Shown: in pieces, positions 1-8,342 of the stretch | Layout of the letters: each line of letters begins with the position of its first letter | How positions within the stretch are numbered: the stretch's first letter is position 1 | Origin: an uncultured Porphyromonadaceae bacterium | GTDB lineage: Bacteria > Bacteroidota > Bacteroidia > Bacteroidales > UBA11471 | Assembly (NCBI GenBank): GCA_900547555.1 | Contig: URHG01000003.1 | Coordinates: 21,297 to 85,296 of the forward strand | DNA: 64,000 bases | Direction of reading: 5' to 3' | Program-made: the position numbers and the translations under genes | Notes under the pieces: generated by a model | Database searches by the model: none | Told to the model about the DNA's origin: nothing | The model's input: the letters and a program-made list of their open reading frames with translations, nothing else

Positions 1-281
1 TTTTACTTCATATCTGTACAAATGTACAAAAATAACCCTTGCCCGAAAGTAGCACAGAAAAAATTTTTATCTATACGCAATTATTTTCGGAGATAAAATC
101 TTCCTCATAACCGATAACCGACTTTCGGCGTACCGACCGATACGTACACCACCTACTGCTCCGAGCGAGCGTCATAAGCTCCACAAAGGACTCCTCTATT
201 TAGAGAGTAAAGATTTTTGAACTCCTACATAATCCTCTTATGAACAAATGCGAGGAATCCCCCGATAAGTGCACCCAACTT

Positions 282-490
282 TGTCATTCCGAATGAATAT
301 GAGGAATCTCCTGTTTTCTATCGGTCGAGATTCTTCCTCCTTACAGTCGTCAGAATGACACACTTGTCATTCCGAGCGTATGCGAGGAATCTCTATGTCA
401 TCTCGAACCCGCCACGAGCGATGTGAGAGATCTCATGCCATGCGCTCACTTTGCAGGAGATTTTTCGGCATTCCGCACCTCAGAATGACA
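282..490. repeat. Mosaic array A of short structured repeat units (5 units, mixed orientation)
   Basis: Units lie at 282-310 (fwd), 327-360 (rev), 365-393 (fwd), 396-434 (fwd) and 457-490 (rev). All share the skeleton TGTC-ATYCY-GA..GA-RGRAT-CTC or its reverse complement. Confidence 0.85.
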
Positions 491-508
491 GGGACATTGG
501 GATTGTAG

Positions 509-547
509 GAAAAAGAACGTGTTGCACCCCAATAGATGCAACACGTT
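509..547 (-). terminator. Rho-independent terminator of the LRR gene
   Basis: 11-bp stem aacgtgttgca (516-526) / tgcaacacgtt (537-547) with a 10-nt loop. On the minus strand it is followed by CTTTTTCC. Confidence 0.6.
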
Positions 548-623
548 TCCGCACATAGAAGATTGTGATATGAAGAATAATCTATGGCACGATGATTTTA
601 TGGGTTGTCAATGCTCCAGCACT

Positions 624-1886
624 TTACAGAACAACAAAGTACATTCCCTTATCCAAACCCTCGATGCAAATTTGTTTGCTTGATGGGTCGGGTATAACCG
701 AACGGATAAGTTGCCCGTTAGGGTTATATATCGATATATTTCCTTGTAACGCAACATTTTCCACCATAAGGTTTCTCCCAACGATTCGTATTGTTTCAGA
801 CCCCTTTTGGGGTACATCGATTCCCCCAAAATCCACTTCTATAATTTCTGCAAAATAAGGACTCCATGCGTCATATCCTGTCGAACCTTTGGGGACATAG
901 AGTTTACACCATTGACTTATTAGGGAAAAAGGAGATCCCGTACATTGTGGAGCATTAGTAGGCTTACATATAAATTCATACAATTGCGAACAATTCCAAA
1001 AGGCATCATCTCCGATGGAGGTAACGCTTTCGGGAATCGTAACAGAGGTTAATCCGGTATCGCTAAATGCGTTATCTCCAATAGTGGTAACACTCCCTGG
1101 AATCATTACCGAGGTTAATCCAGTATTGCTAAATGCGTTATTTCCAATAGTGGTAACACCTTCGGAAATCGTTACCCATTTTAATTGTGTACAGTCCGAA
1201 AAGGCATAACTTTCAATAGAGGTAATGCCTTCGGAAGTGGTAACGCCTTCGGAAATCGTTACCGATTTTAATTGTGTACAGCCCGAAAAGGTATAACTTT
1301 CAATAGAGGTAACACTCCTGGGAATCGTTACCGAGGTTAATCTGGTATTGCTAAATGCGCTATCTCCAATAGAGGTGACACTCCCTGGAATCGTTACCGA
1401 GGTTAATCGGGTACTTCTAAATGCGTTATCTCCAATAGAGGCAACGCCTTCGGAAATCGTTACCGATTCTAATTGTGTACAGCCCGAAAAGGCAGAACGT
1501 CCAATAGAGGTGACATTCCCTAGAATTGTTACCGATTTTAATTGTGTACAGTCTGAAAAGGCAGAACGTCCAATAGAGGTAACAGTCTCGGGAATCGTTA
1601 CCGATATGACAGAACATTGCTCAAAAGCATTATCGACAATAGCTATAACTTTATAGGAAATACCTGTAACATTTTGAGTAACAGATCCTGGAATTAGGAA
1701 AGAACCCGTGTATAACTTGTTATTGGGTGCCGACACAACGGCGACCGTACGTTCCGCTTCCGAAATAATGTCGTAAAACAGACCATCGTTTTGAAAGTCG
1801 TATGCCTGAACCGACAGGGTATATGTAATCGCAAATGCGATTACAATACACCTATATATAATCCCCTTTTTCACATCGTTTGGCAT
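624..1886 (-). CDS. BspA-type leucine-rich-repeat surface protein with type IX secretion C-terminal sorting domain
   Basis: 420-aa ORF. It has an N-terminal hydrophobic signal-like segment (IVIAFAITYTLSVQA). Nine to ten consecutive 22-23-aa units of the form VTIPxSVTSIGxxAFSxCTxLKS are LRR_5/BspA type. The last ~70 aa (IRIVGRNLMVENV..ISIYNPNGQLIRSV..GLDKGMYFVVL) look like a T9SS CTD. Confidence 0.75.
   Translation of the reverse strand: MPNDVKKGIIYRCIVIAFAITYTLSVQAYDFQNDGLFYDIISEAERTVAVVSAPNNKLYTGSFLIPGSVTQNVTGISYKVIAIVDNAFEQCSVISVTIPETVTSIGRSAFSDCTQLKSVTILGNVTSIGRSAFSGCTQLESVTISEGVASIGDNAFRSTRLTSVTIPGSVTSIGDSAFSNTRLTSVTIPRSVTSIESYTFSGCTQLKSVTISEGVTTSEGITSIESYAFSDCTQLKWVTISEGVTTIGNNAFSNTGLTSVMIPGSVTTIGDNAFSDTGLTSVTIPESVTSIGDDAFWNCSQLYEFICKPTNAPQCTGSPFSLISQWCKLYVPKGSTGYDAWSPYFAEIIEVDFGGIDVPQKGSETIRIVGRNLMVENVALQGNISIYNPNGQLIRSVIPDPSSKQICIEGLDKGMYFVVL
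975..1620 (-). repeat. Coding tandem repeats (about 66-69 nt period) specifying the LRR units of the 624..1886 gene
   Basis: The string ggaatcgttaccgaggttaatc occurs near 1321 and 1387, with close variants near 1033 and 1099. One unit carries an extra partial duplication (protein ISEGVTTSEGITSIES; DNA near 1221-1262). Confidence 0.8.
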
Positions 1887-1901
1887 CTTTGTTGCGTACT
1901 T

Positions 1902-2319
1902 TTAAAAAGATTTGTTCAGACAAGGAAGTTTTCCTTTTTTCTCGAAATATTCCTGCATGAGGCAGGCTTCCACGTATGCCGGCAGTATTTTCTTCTCATC
2001 TACGATAAACCATTTGATAACCAGCTTTTTCAAAGAGGGATCACTATCCAGTATCTCTTTGAAAAAGATTTGGCGTTTTTTCCCACCCTGTTTATTGTTG
2101 ATGCGTTCGCGGAGATTTTGTTCTTTATAAGTGCCGTCTTTTTCTAATGTTCCACTTTTCCCTATATACAGAATTTCTCCCTCGGGAGTGTTGGCACATA
2201 TTATATACGCCGTATCCGTTGGGTATCGAAGAGGTCTGTAAAGAAAGTTTGTCCATAGCTGAAAAAGTACAAACCCCTTGTTTACAATTTTTCAAAATGT
2301 CTTTATAATTATTTATCAT
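1902..2319 (-). pseudogene. GIY-YIG domain nuclease-like gene interrupted by a 1-nt frameshift
   Basis: The frame starting at ATG 2319 reads MINNYKDILKNCKQGV..SSIPNGYGVYNM and stops at 2125-2127. The neighbouring frame continues ..IICANTPEGEILYIGKSGTLEKDG..PAYVEACLMQEYFEKKGKLPCLNKSF to a TAA at 1902-1904 and has no start of its own. Joining them by 1 nt inside tattatata (2198-2206) gives GVY-x11-YIG, then Arg, then E..P-x-x-N, which is the GIY-YIG signature, in about 138 aa. Confidence 0.5.
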
Positions 2320-2425
2320 ACCAATTAGGTTTTAATTTTTAATCGTTGCAAAGAATACTATATAAACAAATAAAGCAAATATTATTCATTAATATTTGTG
2401 AAATAAGGCAATGCGATCAGGTAAA

Positions 2426-2462
2426 GATTCTTCACTTCGCTTACGCTGCGTGCAGAATGACA
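2426..2462. repeat. Solitary 37-nt repeat unit (same family as the arrays)
   Basis: gattcttcacttcgcttacgctgcgtgcagaatgaca is 35/37 identical to the unit at 15701-15737. Confidence 0.8.
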
Positions 2463-2484
2463 AGTGGATATTTTGGGGTATATA

Positions 2485-2516
2485 CCGAAAAAGCCGCTGT
2501 CAAGCGGCTTTTTCGG
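2485..2516 (-). terminator. Hairpin terminator downstream of the S46 peptidase gene (potentially bidirectional)
   Basis: Perfect 14-bp stem ccgaaaaagccgct / agcggctttttcgg with loop gtca. A/T runs are built into both arms. Confidence 0.6.
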
Positions 2517-2532
2517 TTGAGGAAAGAGGTCT

Positions 2533-4692
2533 TTATCGTATGATGGTCATTTCATCGATAAGATTTTTGGCTCCGGCATATTTGTCGATAATAAAAAGTA
2601 CGTAACGTATATCGACATTGATACAGCGTTGCAGATCTTTCTCGAAAACGATGTCGCCGCTCATAGCTTCCCAGTTACCGTCGAAGGCTGCGCCGATCAA
2701 TTCGCCGTTGGCATTGATGACGGGGCTGCCCGAGTTGCCGCCCGTAATATCGTTGTTACTGAGGAAACAGCAAGGCAGGTCGCCGTTTTCCATAGCATAT
2801 TCGCCGAAGTCTTTATTGGCAATCAACTCTTTGAGCTTGGCCGGCACGACAAATTCCCAGTTGTCGGGATCTTCTTTTTCGAGAATACCCCGCTGTGTGG
2901 TGTAATAACGGTAATCCACGCCGTCGGCAGGCGAATAGGGCAATACGTTACCGTAGGTCATGCGTATGGTAAAGTTGGCATCGGGGTAGGTCGGGGCGTC
3001 GCCGGCCATGTCGAGCAGACCTTTGATATAAATTTTCTTGGCACGGGTCAAGCGGTCGTTCAGCGGTTTACGTTTGCCAGAGAGTTCTATTGATTTCTCT
3101 ACATATGCATTGCGGAGGGCTACCATCAGATCGCTTTCGAGCGCTTTGGCCGAAGGCTTTTTACAGAATTTCTCGAAATTGTCATCACCGGCAAATACCG
3201 ATTTCTCGAATGCCGCATCGACATAACGATCGATGTCTCCCTTGAATTTTTTATCGATGAGGTCGAAGATAGCGAGACGTTCCCCCTCGGGTACGGCATC
3301 GCGGTAAGCTTTCAACATGGCTTTGGCTACCCGACGGTCGACCTTCCGGTTATAGTTTTTGTCGGCGAACTTGTCGTAGTTTTCTTTCAAAATCGTCATC
3401 AGAGAATCGACACGGGGCCGGTTCTTTTCTTTGAGCGCCTTTATCAATGCGCCCGTAGGCGGTACTTGAGAAAACTCCACAGCAATGGCGATGCCTTCGA
3501 GCAACTGGTAGTAAGCATAATTGACCGACGAAAGTTCTTTCATGACGGCTTCGATACTGTCGAGGGCGGCAATGTATTCGGGATGGTTGTTGGCACGCGA
3601 CCACCGGCGCAATGCCTCTTCTTCTTTTTGTTTCTCTCCGATGACGTCCAGTTTGTCGATACCCCGGTTCATGCCGATGGCGTTTTTATGATAGTTGCTC
3701 GAACGGGCGTATTTGCTGGCGTACTGTATACGCACGGCAGGGTCGGCCAGCATCTCATCGAGCATTTCGGCCTGACGCACACCGCGCATGTTGATACGGG
3801 TGGCATTTACCACATCGCGCATGTCTTCGATTTCCCATGAAGTATAGTAACGGTTGGTCGTACCGGGAAATCCCATAATCATGGCATAGTCGTTTTCGGC
3901 AACGCCTTTCAATGAGATATTGAAGTAACGTTTGGGTTTCATCGGCACATTGTCGGCACTGTACTCGGCCGGTTTTCCGTCGGGAGCGGTGTACACGCGG
4001 AAGAGAGAGAAGTCGCCCGTGTGGCGAGGCCACATCCAGTTGTCGGTATCGGCGCCGAATTTTCCGATCGACGAAGGGGGCGCTCCTACCATACGCACGT
4101 CGTTGTAAACGGTAATGGTGAACATGAAGTAACGGTTGCCGCCATAAAAGGGTTTAATGACGACTTCGGCAAAAGGGTTCTCGGCAAGAAATTCTTCACC
4201 GGCCATTTTACGAGCCTGCTTGTTGAGAAAAAGGGTGCTGAATGCGTTCATCTCATTACCCGATTCCTCCACAGCTTTATTGATGCTGTCGGTAACTTCT
4301 TCGATCTTTTCGATGAAACGTACCTGCAACCCCGGCGTAGGAAGTTCGTCTTTCTTCTCCATTGCCCAGAAACCGTCGGTCAAGTAATCATGTTCGACGG
4401 TACTATGCTGCTGTATGGCATCGTATCCGCAGTGGTGGTTGGTAAGGATAAGCCCTTCGGGCGATATGATTTCACCGGTACAGCCTCCGCCGAAAATGAC
4501 GACGGCATCTTTCATCGAAGTAGTGTCGGGACTGTAAATATCATCGATGTCGATAAGCAAACCGGCTTTTTTCAGCTGTTCGCTATTTTGCTGTTTGAGA
4601 AAAGGGAGAAGCCACATACCCTCGTCGGCCATTGCCGGCGAAACGGCAAATGTGGCGGCGAGCAGGGCTGTCAGAGTGTTTTTTAACTTCAT
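2533..4692 (-). CDS. S46 family dipeptidyl-peptidase, DPP7-like
   Basis: The start was moved to MKLKNTLTALLAATFAVSPAMA (a signal peptide), followed by DEGMWL. The catalytic contexts NHHCGYD and GGNSGSPV are present. The S1 specificity position in FDGNWE is Gly, as in P. gingivalis DPP7; DPP11 has Arg there. Confidence 0.85.
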   Translation of the reverse strand: MKLKNTLTALLAATFAVSPAMADEGMWLLPFLKQQNSEQLKKAGLLIDIDDIYSPDTTSMKDAVVIFGGGCTGEIISPEGLILTNHHCGYDAIQQHSTVEHDYLTDGFWAMEKKDELPTPGLQVRFIEKIEEVTDSINKAVEESGNEMNAFSTLFLNKQARKMAGEEFLAENPFAEVVIKPFYGGNRYFMFTITVYNDVRMVGAPPSSIGKFGADTDNWMWPRHTGDFSLFRVYTAPDGKPAEYSADNVPMKPKRYFNISLKGVAENDYAMIMGFPGTTNRYYTSWEIEDMRDVVNATRINMRGVRQAEMLDEMLADPAVRIQYASKYARSSNYHKNAIGMNRGIDKLDVIGEKQKEEEALRRWSRANNHPEYIAALDSIEAVMKELSSVNYAYYQLLEGIAIAVEFSQVPPTGALIKALKEKNRPRVDSLMTILKENYDKFADKNYNRKVDRRVAKAMLKAYRDAVPEGERLAIFDLIDKKFKGDIDRYVDAAFEKSVFAGDDNFEKFCKKPSAKALESDLMVALRNAYVEKSIELSGKRKPLNDRLTRAKKIYIKGLLDMAGDAPTYPDANFTIRMTYGNVLPYSPADGVDYRYYTTQRGILEKEDPDNWEFVVPAKLKELIANKDFGEYAMENGDLPCCFLSNNDITGGNSGSPVINANGELIGAAFDGNWEAMSGDIVFEKDLQRCINVDIRYVLFIIDKYAGAKNLIDEMTIIR

Positions 4693-4736
4693 AAGGTTCG
4701 TTTTTAGTATGTTTTGTTTCGGTTTGTGTTTTGTCG

Positions 4737-5606
4737 CTATGTTAAGTATTTTTTCACGATTTTCTCGGTTTCGTCCCAAAGTATTTTACGCATGGGATGC
4801 CCCGTGTATTTGGGAGAGAGCGGTTTTACCCGACAACCGGCACTGAACGTACCCGAACGCCCGTCGGCATCGGTATCGAGCAACAGATTTATGGCAGTCG
4901 CAGCTCCCTGTCGGGGTGTACGGATAAACGGCCGGAAAAACAGGTCGCACAATATGTCGATGACAGGATTGTGCATTTTTATGATATTGGTCGACACAAT
5001 GCCCGGATCGGCGGCATTCACGGTAATACCCCGGTCTTTTACCCGATCGGCCAGTTCAAGAGTAAACAGTGTAAGAGCAAGTTTGGTATTGCCGTATATG
5101 GGTATACGCCAAAAACCGCCTTTGCGTCCTCGGGTAAAAAATTCGGGCAAGGAGATTTTCCCGATGGCGTAGGTACACGACACCATGTTCACGATGCGGC
5201 TACCGTTGTGCATGAGCGGGAGCAACTTGCGGGTAAGCAGGTACGGGGCGACATAGTTGACGCTTGTGGTACGTGCCAAACCGTCGACCGTCTCGATGTG
5301 TCGCGGGTCGAGCGTACCGGCATTGTTCATGAGCAGATCGATGGACTCATTACGCTGTAAAAGCCTATCGGCCAATCGCTCCACCGAAGCCAAAGAGCAG
5401 AAATCGGCCGTCATGATTTCTATGGCCTTGTTTCCTGTACGGGCGACGATCTCCTGACGTTTCGGTTCCGCCCTTTCTTCGTTTTGACAGACCATGACAA
5501 CGGCATAACCTTCTGCGGCTACGGCAAGGGTTATTTCCCTGCCCATACCGCCGTCGGCCCCGGTAATGACTGCTAAATTTCTCTTTGTGGACGTGTGCTT
5601 CGCCAT
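4737..5606 (-). CDS. Short-chain dehydrogenase/reductase (SDR) family oxidoreductase
   Basis: 289 aa. It carries the cofactor motif VITGADGGMG (TGxxxGxG), NNAG, and the catalytic YGNTK (YxxxK). Confidence 0.85.
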   Translation of the reverse strand: MAKHTSTKRNLAVITGADGGMGREITLAVAAEGYAVVMVCQNEERAEPKRQEIVARTGNKAIEIMTADFCSLASVERLADRLLQRNESIDLLMNNAGTLDPRHIETVDGLARTTSVNYVAPYLLTRKLLPLMHNGSRIVNMVSCTYAIGKISLPEFFTRGRKGGFWRIPIYGNTKLALTLFTLELADRVKDRGITVNAADPGIVSTNIIKMHNPVIDILCDLFFRPFIRTPRQGAATAINLLLDTDADGRSGTFSAGCRVKPLSPKYTGHPMRKILWDETEKIVKKYLT

Positions 5607-5693
5607 GGGAAAACAAAATGCGCAAATTTACACATACGATCATAAAAGCGTACGCCGCTTTTATTTCTCTTTTTTCCTTCTCCTATATCGGTA

Positions 5694-5701
5694 CAAAGGT
5701 A
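5694..5701 (-). promoter_or_regulatory. Candidate Bacteroides-type -7 box (TACCTTTG) for the SDR gene
   Basis: The plus strand reads caaaggta, which is TAnnTTTG on the minus strand. It lies just downstream of the 5711-5754 terminator. A second match (TAAATTTG, 5623-5630) lies 17 nt from the ATG. Confidence 0.35.
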
Positions 5702-5710
5702 GGAAAAATA

Positions 5711-5754
5711 ATCTCCGGGAAAAGAAAACACTGTTATTTTCTTTTCCCGGAGAT
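5711..5754 (-). terminator. Strong hairpin terminator after the SMR gene
   Basis: 18-bp perfect stem atctccgggaaaagaaaa / ttttcttttcccggagat with an 8-nt loop. T-runs are present in both orientations. Confidence 0.65.
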
Positions 5755-5890
5755 ATTCTGTTGCGAAGTTTGATAAAAACAAAATGCCCTTGCTATGTGC
5801 GGTACAAAAGTGTATCGCATATACGCCGTCGGAGCGATTGACTCCGGTACGACTGTTCATAAATATCTATTCCCGTTTTTGTAAAGAAAT

Positions 5891-6210
5891 TCAAACCATT
5901 TTCAAACCGACTATCGATGCAATCAGCGTGGTAATAAAAAATATTCGGGCGAAAGAGACTGGTTCGTGAAAGAAAATAATACCCAATATCACCGTACTTA
6001 CCGCACCTATACCTGTCCACACGGGATAAGCCGTGCCGATAGGTATCGTATGTACCGCTTTGGCCAGCAAAACCATGCTGACGGCCAGACAAACAAGGAA
6101 TCCGACTCCCCAAAGGTAGTACTCTACGCCCGAAAGGCCTTTCATTTTTCGATGCAAAAAGCAAAACCGGCATCAAAGAATCCGGCTATGACTAAAACAA
6201 GCCAGTTCAT
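5891..6210 (-). pseudogene. Small multidrug resistance (SMR; SugE/Gdx-like) transporter gene with a 1-nt frameshift in an A5 run
   Basis: ATG at 6210 gives [22 protein letters not shown], then a TGA at 6142-6144. The next frame continues [56 protein letters not shown]. One extra A in the run (plus-strand ttttt, 6145-6149) would give a 106-aa four-helix SMR protein. Confidence 0.7.
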
Positions 6211-6262
6211 GTATTCAGGGTTGGCAATATAAAAATCCGTTATTCCTTATAATACAAGGATA

Positions 6263-7480
6263 TTACTTGAATTCGAGCTTTTCGATTTCTTTTTTCAGGC
6301 AGGCGGGCAGTCCGTCTATCTTATGGTGGCAAGCCATTTCAAGGGTGTACATACGCCCTATGCAATAGTTACTGTGTCCGCAGGTGTTACGAGCGTTCTC
6401 TTCCCGAGCCATGCGATTCACAAAATCGGGTTCGTTAAGTAATGCCCGGCCCATCTGTACACATTCGAAACCGTCATCGAGTACCTCATCGATTTTTTTT
6501 CGGGAGACAAGCCCACCGACATATACCAACGGCATTTGCAATTCTTTTCTGAATCTCAGGGCATCATCGAGGAAATAGGCCTCTCTGAAAGGTTCAGACG
6601 GTATCATCATGTGCCCGAACATTTTCACGCCGTACTTCAACCACCAGCAATCCATGTAATGGGTCATCGTCTTGATGGGCATGGCACCTCGCATCACATA
6701 CATGGGGGCTCTGCTCACAAATCCTCCGCTCAAAACAAGTGCATGTGCACCCGATTGTTCGAGACGTTTGGCCACCTGCATAGTTTCGTCTATCTCCATA
6801 CCGCCTTTGAATCCGTCCCGCATATTCATCTTTACAAAGACGGCCATGTCATTCCCTGCGGCCTTCATCACTTCTTCCATACACATGTCCATGAATCGCA
6901 TACGGTTTTCGAGCGAACCTCCATATTCATCTTTGCGACGGTTGGTATAGGGCGAGAGAAACTGGCTGATAAGGTATCCGTGCCCCGCATGTATTTCCAC
7001 GGCGTCGAATCCGGCTTCTCGCGCCAAATTTACAGCCCGGCCGAAGTTTTTGGCCATTTCGGGTAATTCCGATTTACGCATTCCGCGTACGAATGTAGGC
7101 GAATAGAGGTTGAAGCCCGTCGATGCGGAGATAGGTGTAACACCACATATCTTCTTGTGCGACATGTTCCCGCAATGCCCCAGTTGTATCGAAACGGCTG
7201 CACCCGAACGGTGTATATCATCGGTGATTTCTTTCAGGCCGAGAATGATTTCGGGACGCATACATAGCTGACGGTCGAACGACAGTCCGCTTTGACATAC
7301 CGCAGCATAGGCGATTGTCGTCATGCCTATACCGCCGTCGGCGACAGACTTATGATAGTCATGCAACATTTTCGACGGTTTATTTCCGGGACACATACTT
7401 TCGAAAGCAGCCGAGCGTATGGTACGGTTACGCAGAGTGAGCGGACCTATGGTAACGGGTGTGAAAAGTTTCGATTCCAT
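6263..7480 (-). CDS. NADH:flavin oxidoreductase, Old Yellow Enzyme family (BaiCD/FadH-like TIM-barrel domain)
   Basis: 405 aa. It has the OYE motif HAGHGYLISQFLSPYTNRRKDEYGGSLENRMRF and a C-terminal Cys cluster, TCGHSNYCIGRMYTLEMACHHKIDGLPAC. Confidence 0.85.
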   Translation of the reverse strand: MESKLFTPVTIGPLTLRNRTIRSAAFESMCPGNKPSKMLHDYHKSVADGGIGMTTIAYAAVCQSGLSFDRQLCMRPEIILGLKEITDDIHRSGAAVSIQLGHCGNMSHKKICGVTPISASTGFNLYSPTFVRGMRKSELPEMAKNFGRAVNLAREAGFDAVEIHAGHGYLISQFLSPYTNRRKDEYGGSLENRMRFMDMCMEEVMKAAGNDMAVFVKMNMRDGFKGGMEIDETMQVAKRLEQSGAHALVLSGGFVSRAPMYVMRGAMPIKTMTHYMDCWWLKYGVKMFGHMMIPSEPFREAYFLDDALRFRKELQMPLVYVGGLVSRKKIDEVLDDGFECVQMGRALLNEPDFVNRMAREENARNTCGHSNYCIGRMYTLEMACHHKIDGLPACLKKEIEKLEFK

Positions 7481-7498
7481 GATGGTATATGTTTGTTG

Positions 7499-8272
7499 TC
7501 AATAGATATACGGAAAGATGCGTTTACGGCGGCCCATACGCTGTTTGCCGAACTCATCACGATAACGATGGTATATGGCATCGGCACGCGGCACAAGATT
7601 GGCGAATGTCCACCAAGCGAACACGGCACCGGCAGCCGACCAAGTGAGAATGGCAAATCCTGTCCATTCGACAATTTCTCCGAAATAGTTGGCCGAAGTT
7701 ACCCGACAATACAATCCCTTTTCGGGCAGGTAATGGCGGGTATCTCCGGGTCTTCTCAAATGGCGTATGACATTGTCGGAATGCAGGTTTATCGCCATTC
7801 CCGTAAAAAAGACAAGGGTACCGATGATAAATTGCGGAGTTGTGAGCCATGATACCATATAACGGTCGTCAGGTGCAAGGTAAAAAAGCCATTCGCCCTG
7901 AATGAATCCGTTCAGAATATTGAAGACAATACCCATGAGCATGACTGTTACGGGCATACGGCTCTTCCCCTTCATAAGGAAAGGGAAAATAAATGATCGC
8001 TGGAAATAGTGTAACTGAAAGAAAATGAATATGACCAAAGGAACGGTTTCAAATCGTCTCTCGGAGTTCCACCAAAGAATGACCATGACGATAAAAACCG
8101 GTGCTTCCATCAACACCCAAGCGATTTTGTTGTCGATGGCAACACCCCATCGGTTACTCCGGAAGATACCGTAACCCGCTTTCAAAAAATAGAGTGCAAC
8201 GAATACGATTGCGGCAATACCGCTCATTATCAGCAGGAATATGTCGAAACACCGAGGCGAAATTTCTATCAT
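7499..8272 (-). CDS. 3-oxo-5-alpha-steroid 4-dehydrogenase (steroid 5-alpha-reductase, SRD5A-like) family membrane protein
   Basis: The start was trimmed to MIEISPRCFDIF. The protein is polytopic and about 257 aa, close to the size of human SRD5A1/2. It has the C-terminal family motif HLRRPGDTRHYLPEKGLYCRVTSANYFGEIVEWTGFAIL. Confidence 0.8.
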   Translation of the reverse strand: MIEISPRCFDIFLLIMSGIAAIVFVALYFLKAGYGIFRSNRWGVAIDNKIAWVLMEAPVFIVMVILWWNSERRFETVPLVIFIFFQLHYFQRSFIFPFLMKGKSRMPVTVMLMGIVFNILNGFIQGEWLFYLAPDDRYMVSWLTTPQFIIGTLVFFTGMAINLHSDNVIRHLRRPGDTRHYLPEKGLYCRVTSANYFGEIVEWTGFAILTWSAAGAVFAWWTFANLVPRADAIYHRYRDEFGKQRMGRRKRIFPYIY

Positions 8273-8334
8273 ATCACAGTCTATAATATTTATAATCAAC
8301 TTATTACAATTTATAATTTCAAAATCATAACAAA

Positions 8335-8342
8335 CAAAAATA
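8335..8342 (-). promoter_or_regulatory. Candidate -7 box (TATTTTTG) for the 5-alpha-reductase/OYE operon
   Basis: The plus strand reads caaaaata, 63 nt upstream of the ATG at 8272. This matches the Bacteroides TAnnTTTG consensus. Confidence 0.35.

Noticed and set aside
584-602. TGGCACGATGATTTTA resembling a sigma-54 -24 element (rpoN is encoded in the window)
   Set aside because: The -12 TTGC element is missing at the required spacing. The site lies at the 3' end of the LRR gene, with no downstream gene on that strand.
4693-4779. ORF-track N-terminal extensions of the S46 peptidase, and likewise of 5AR, the DEAD helicase, glmS, ispG, frr, pyrH, the lipoprotein and the low-complexity protein
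   Set aside because: In each case an internal Met immediately precedes a signal peptide or the conserved family N-terminus (for example MCGIVGY for GlmS). Several of the longer ORFs start at TTG. The shorter starts were adopted.
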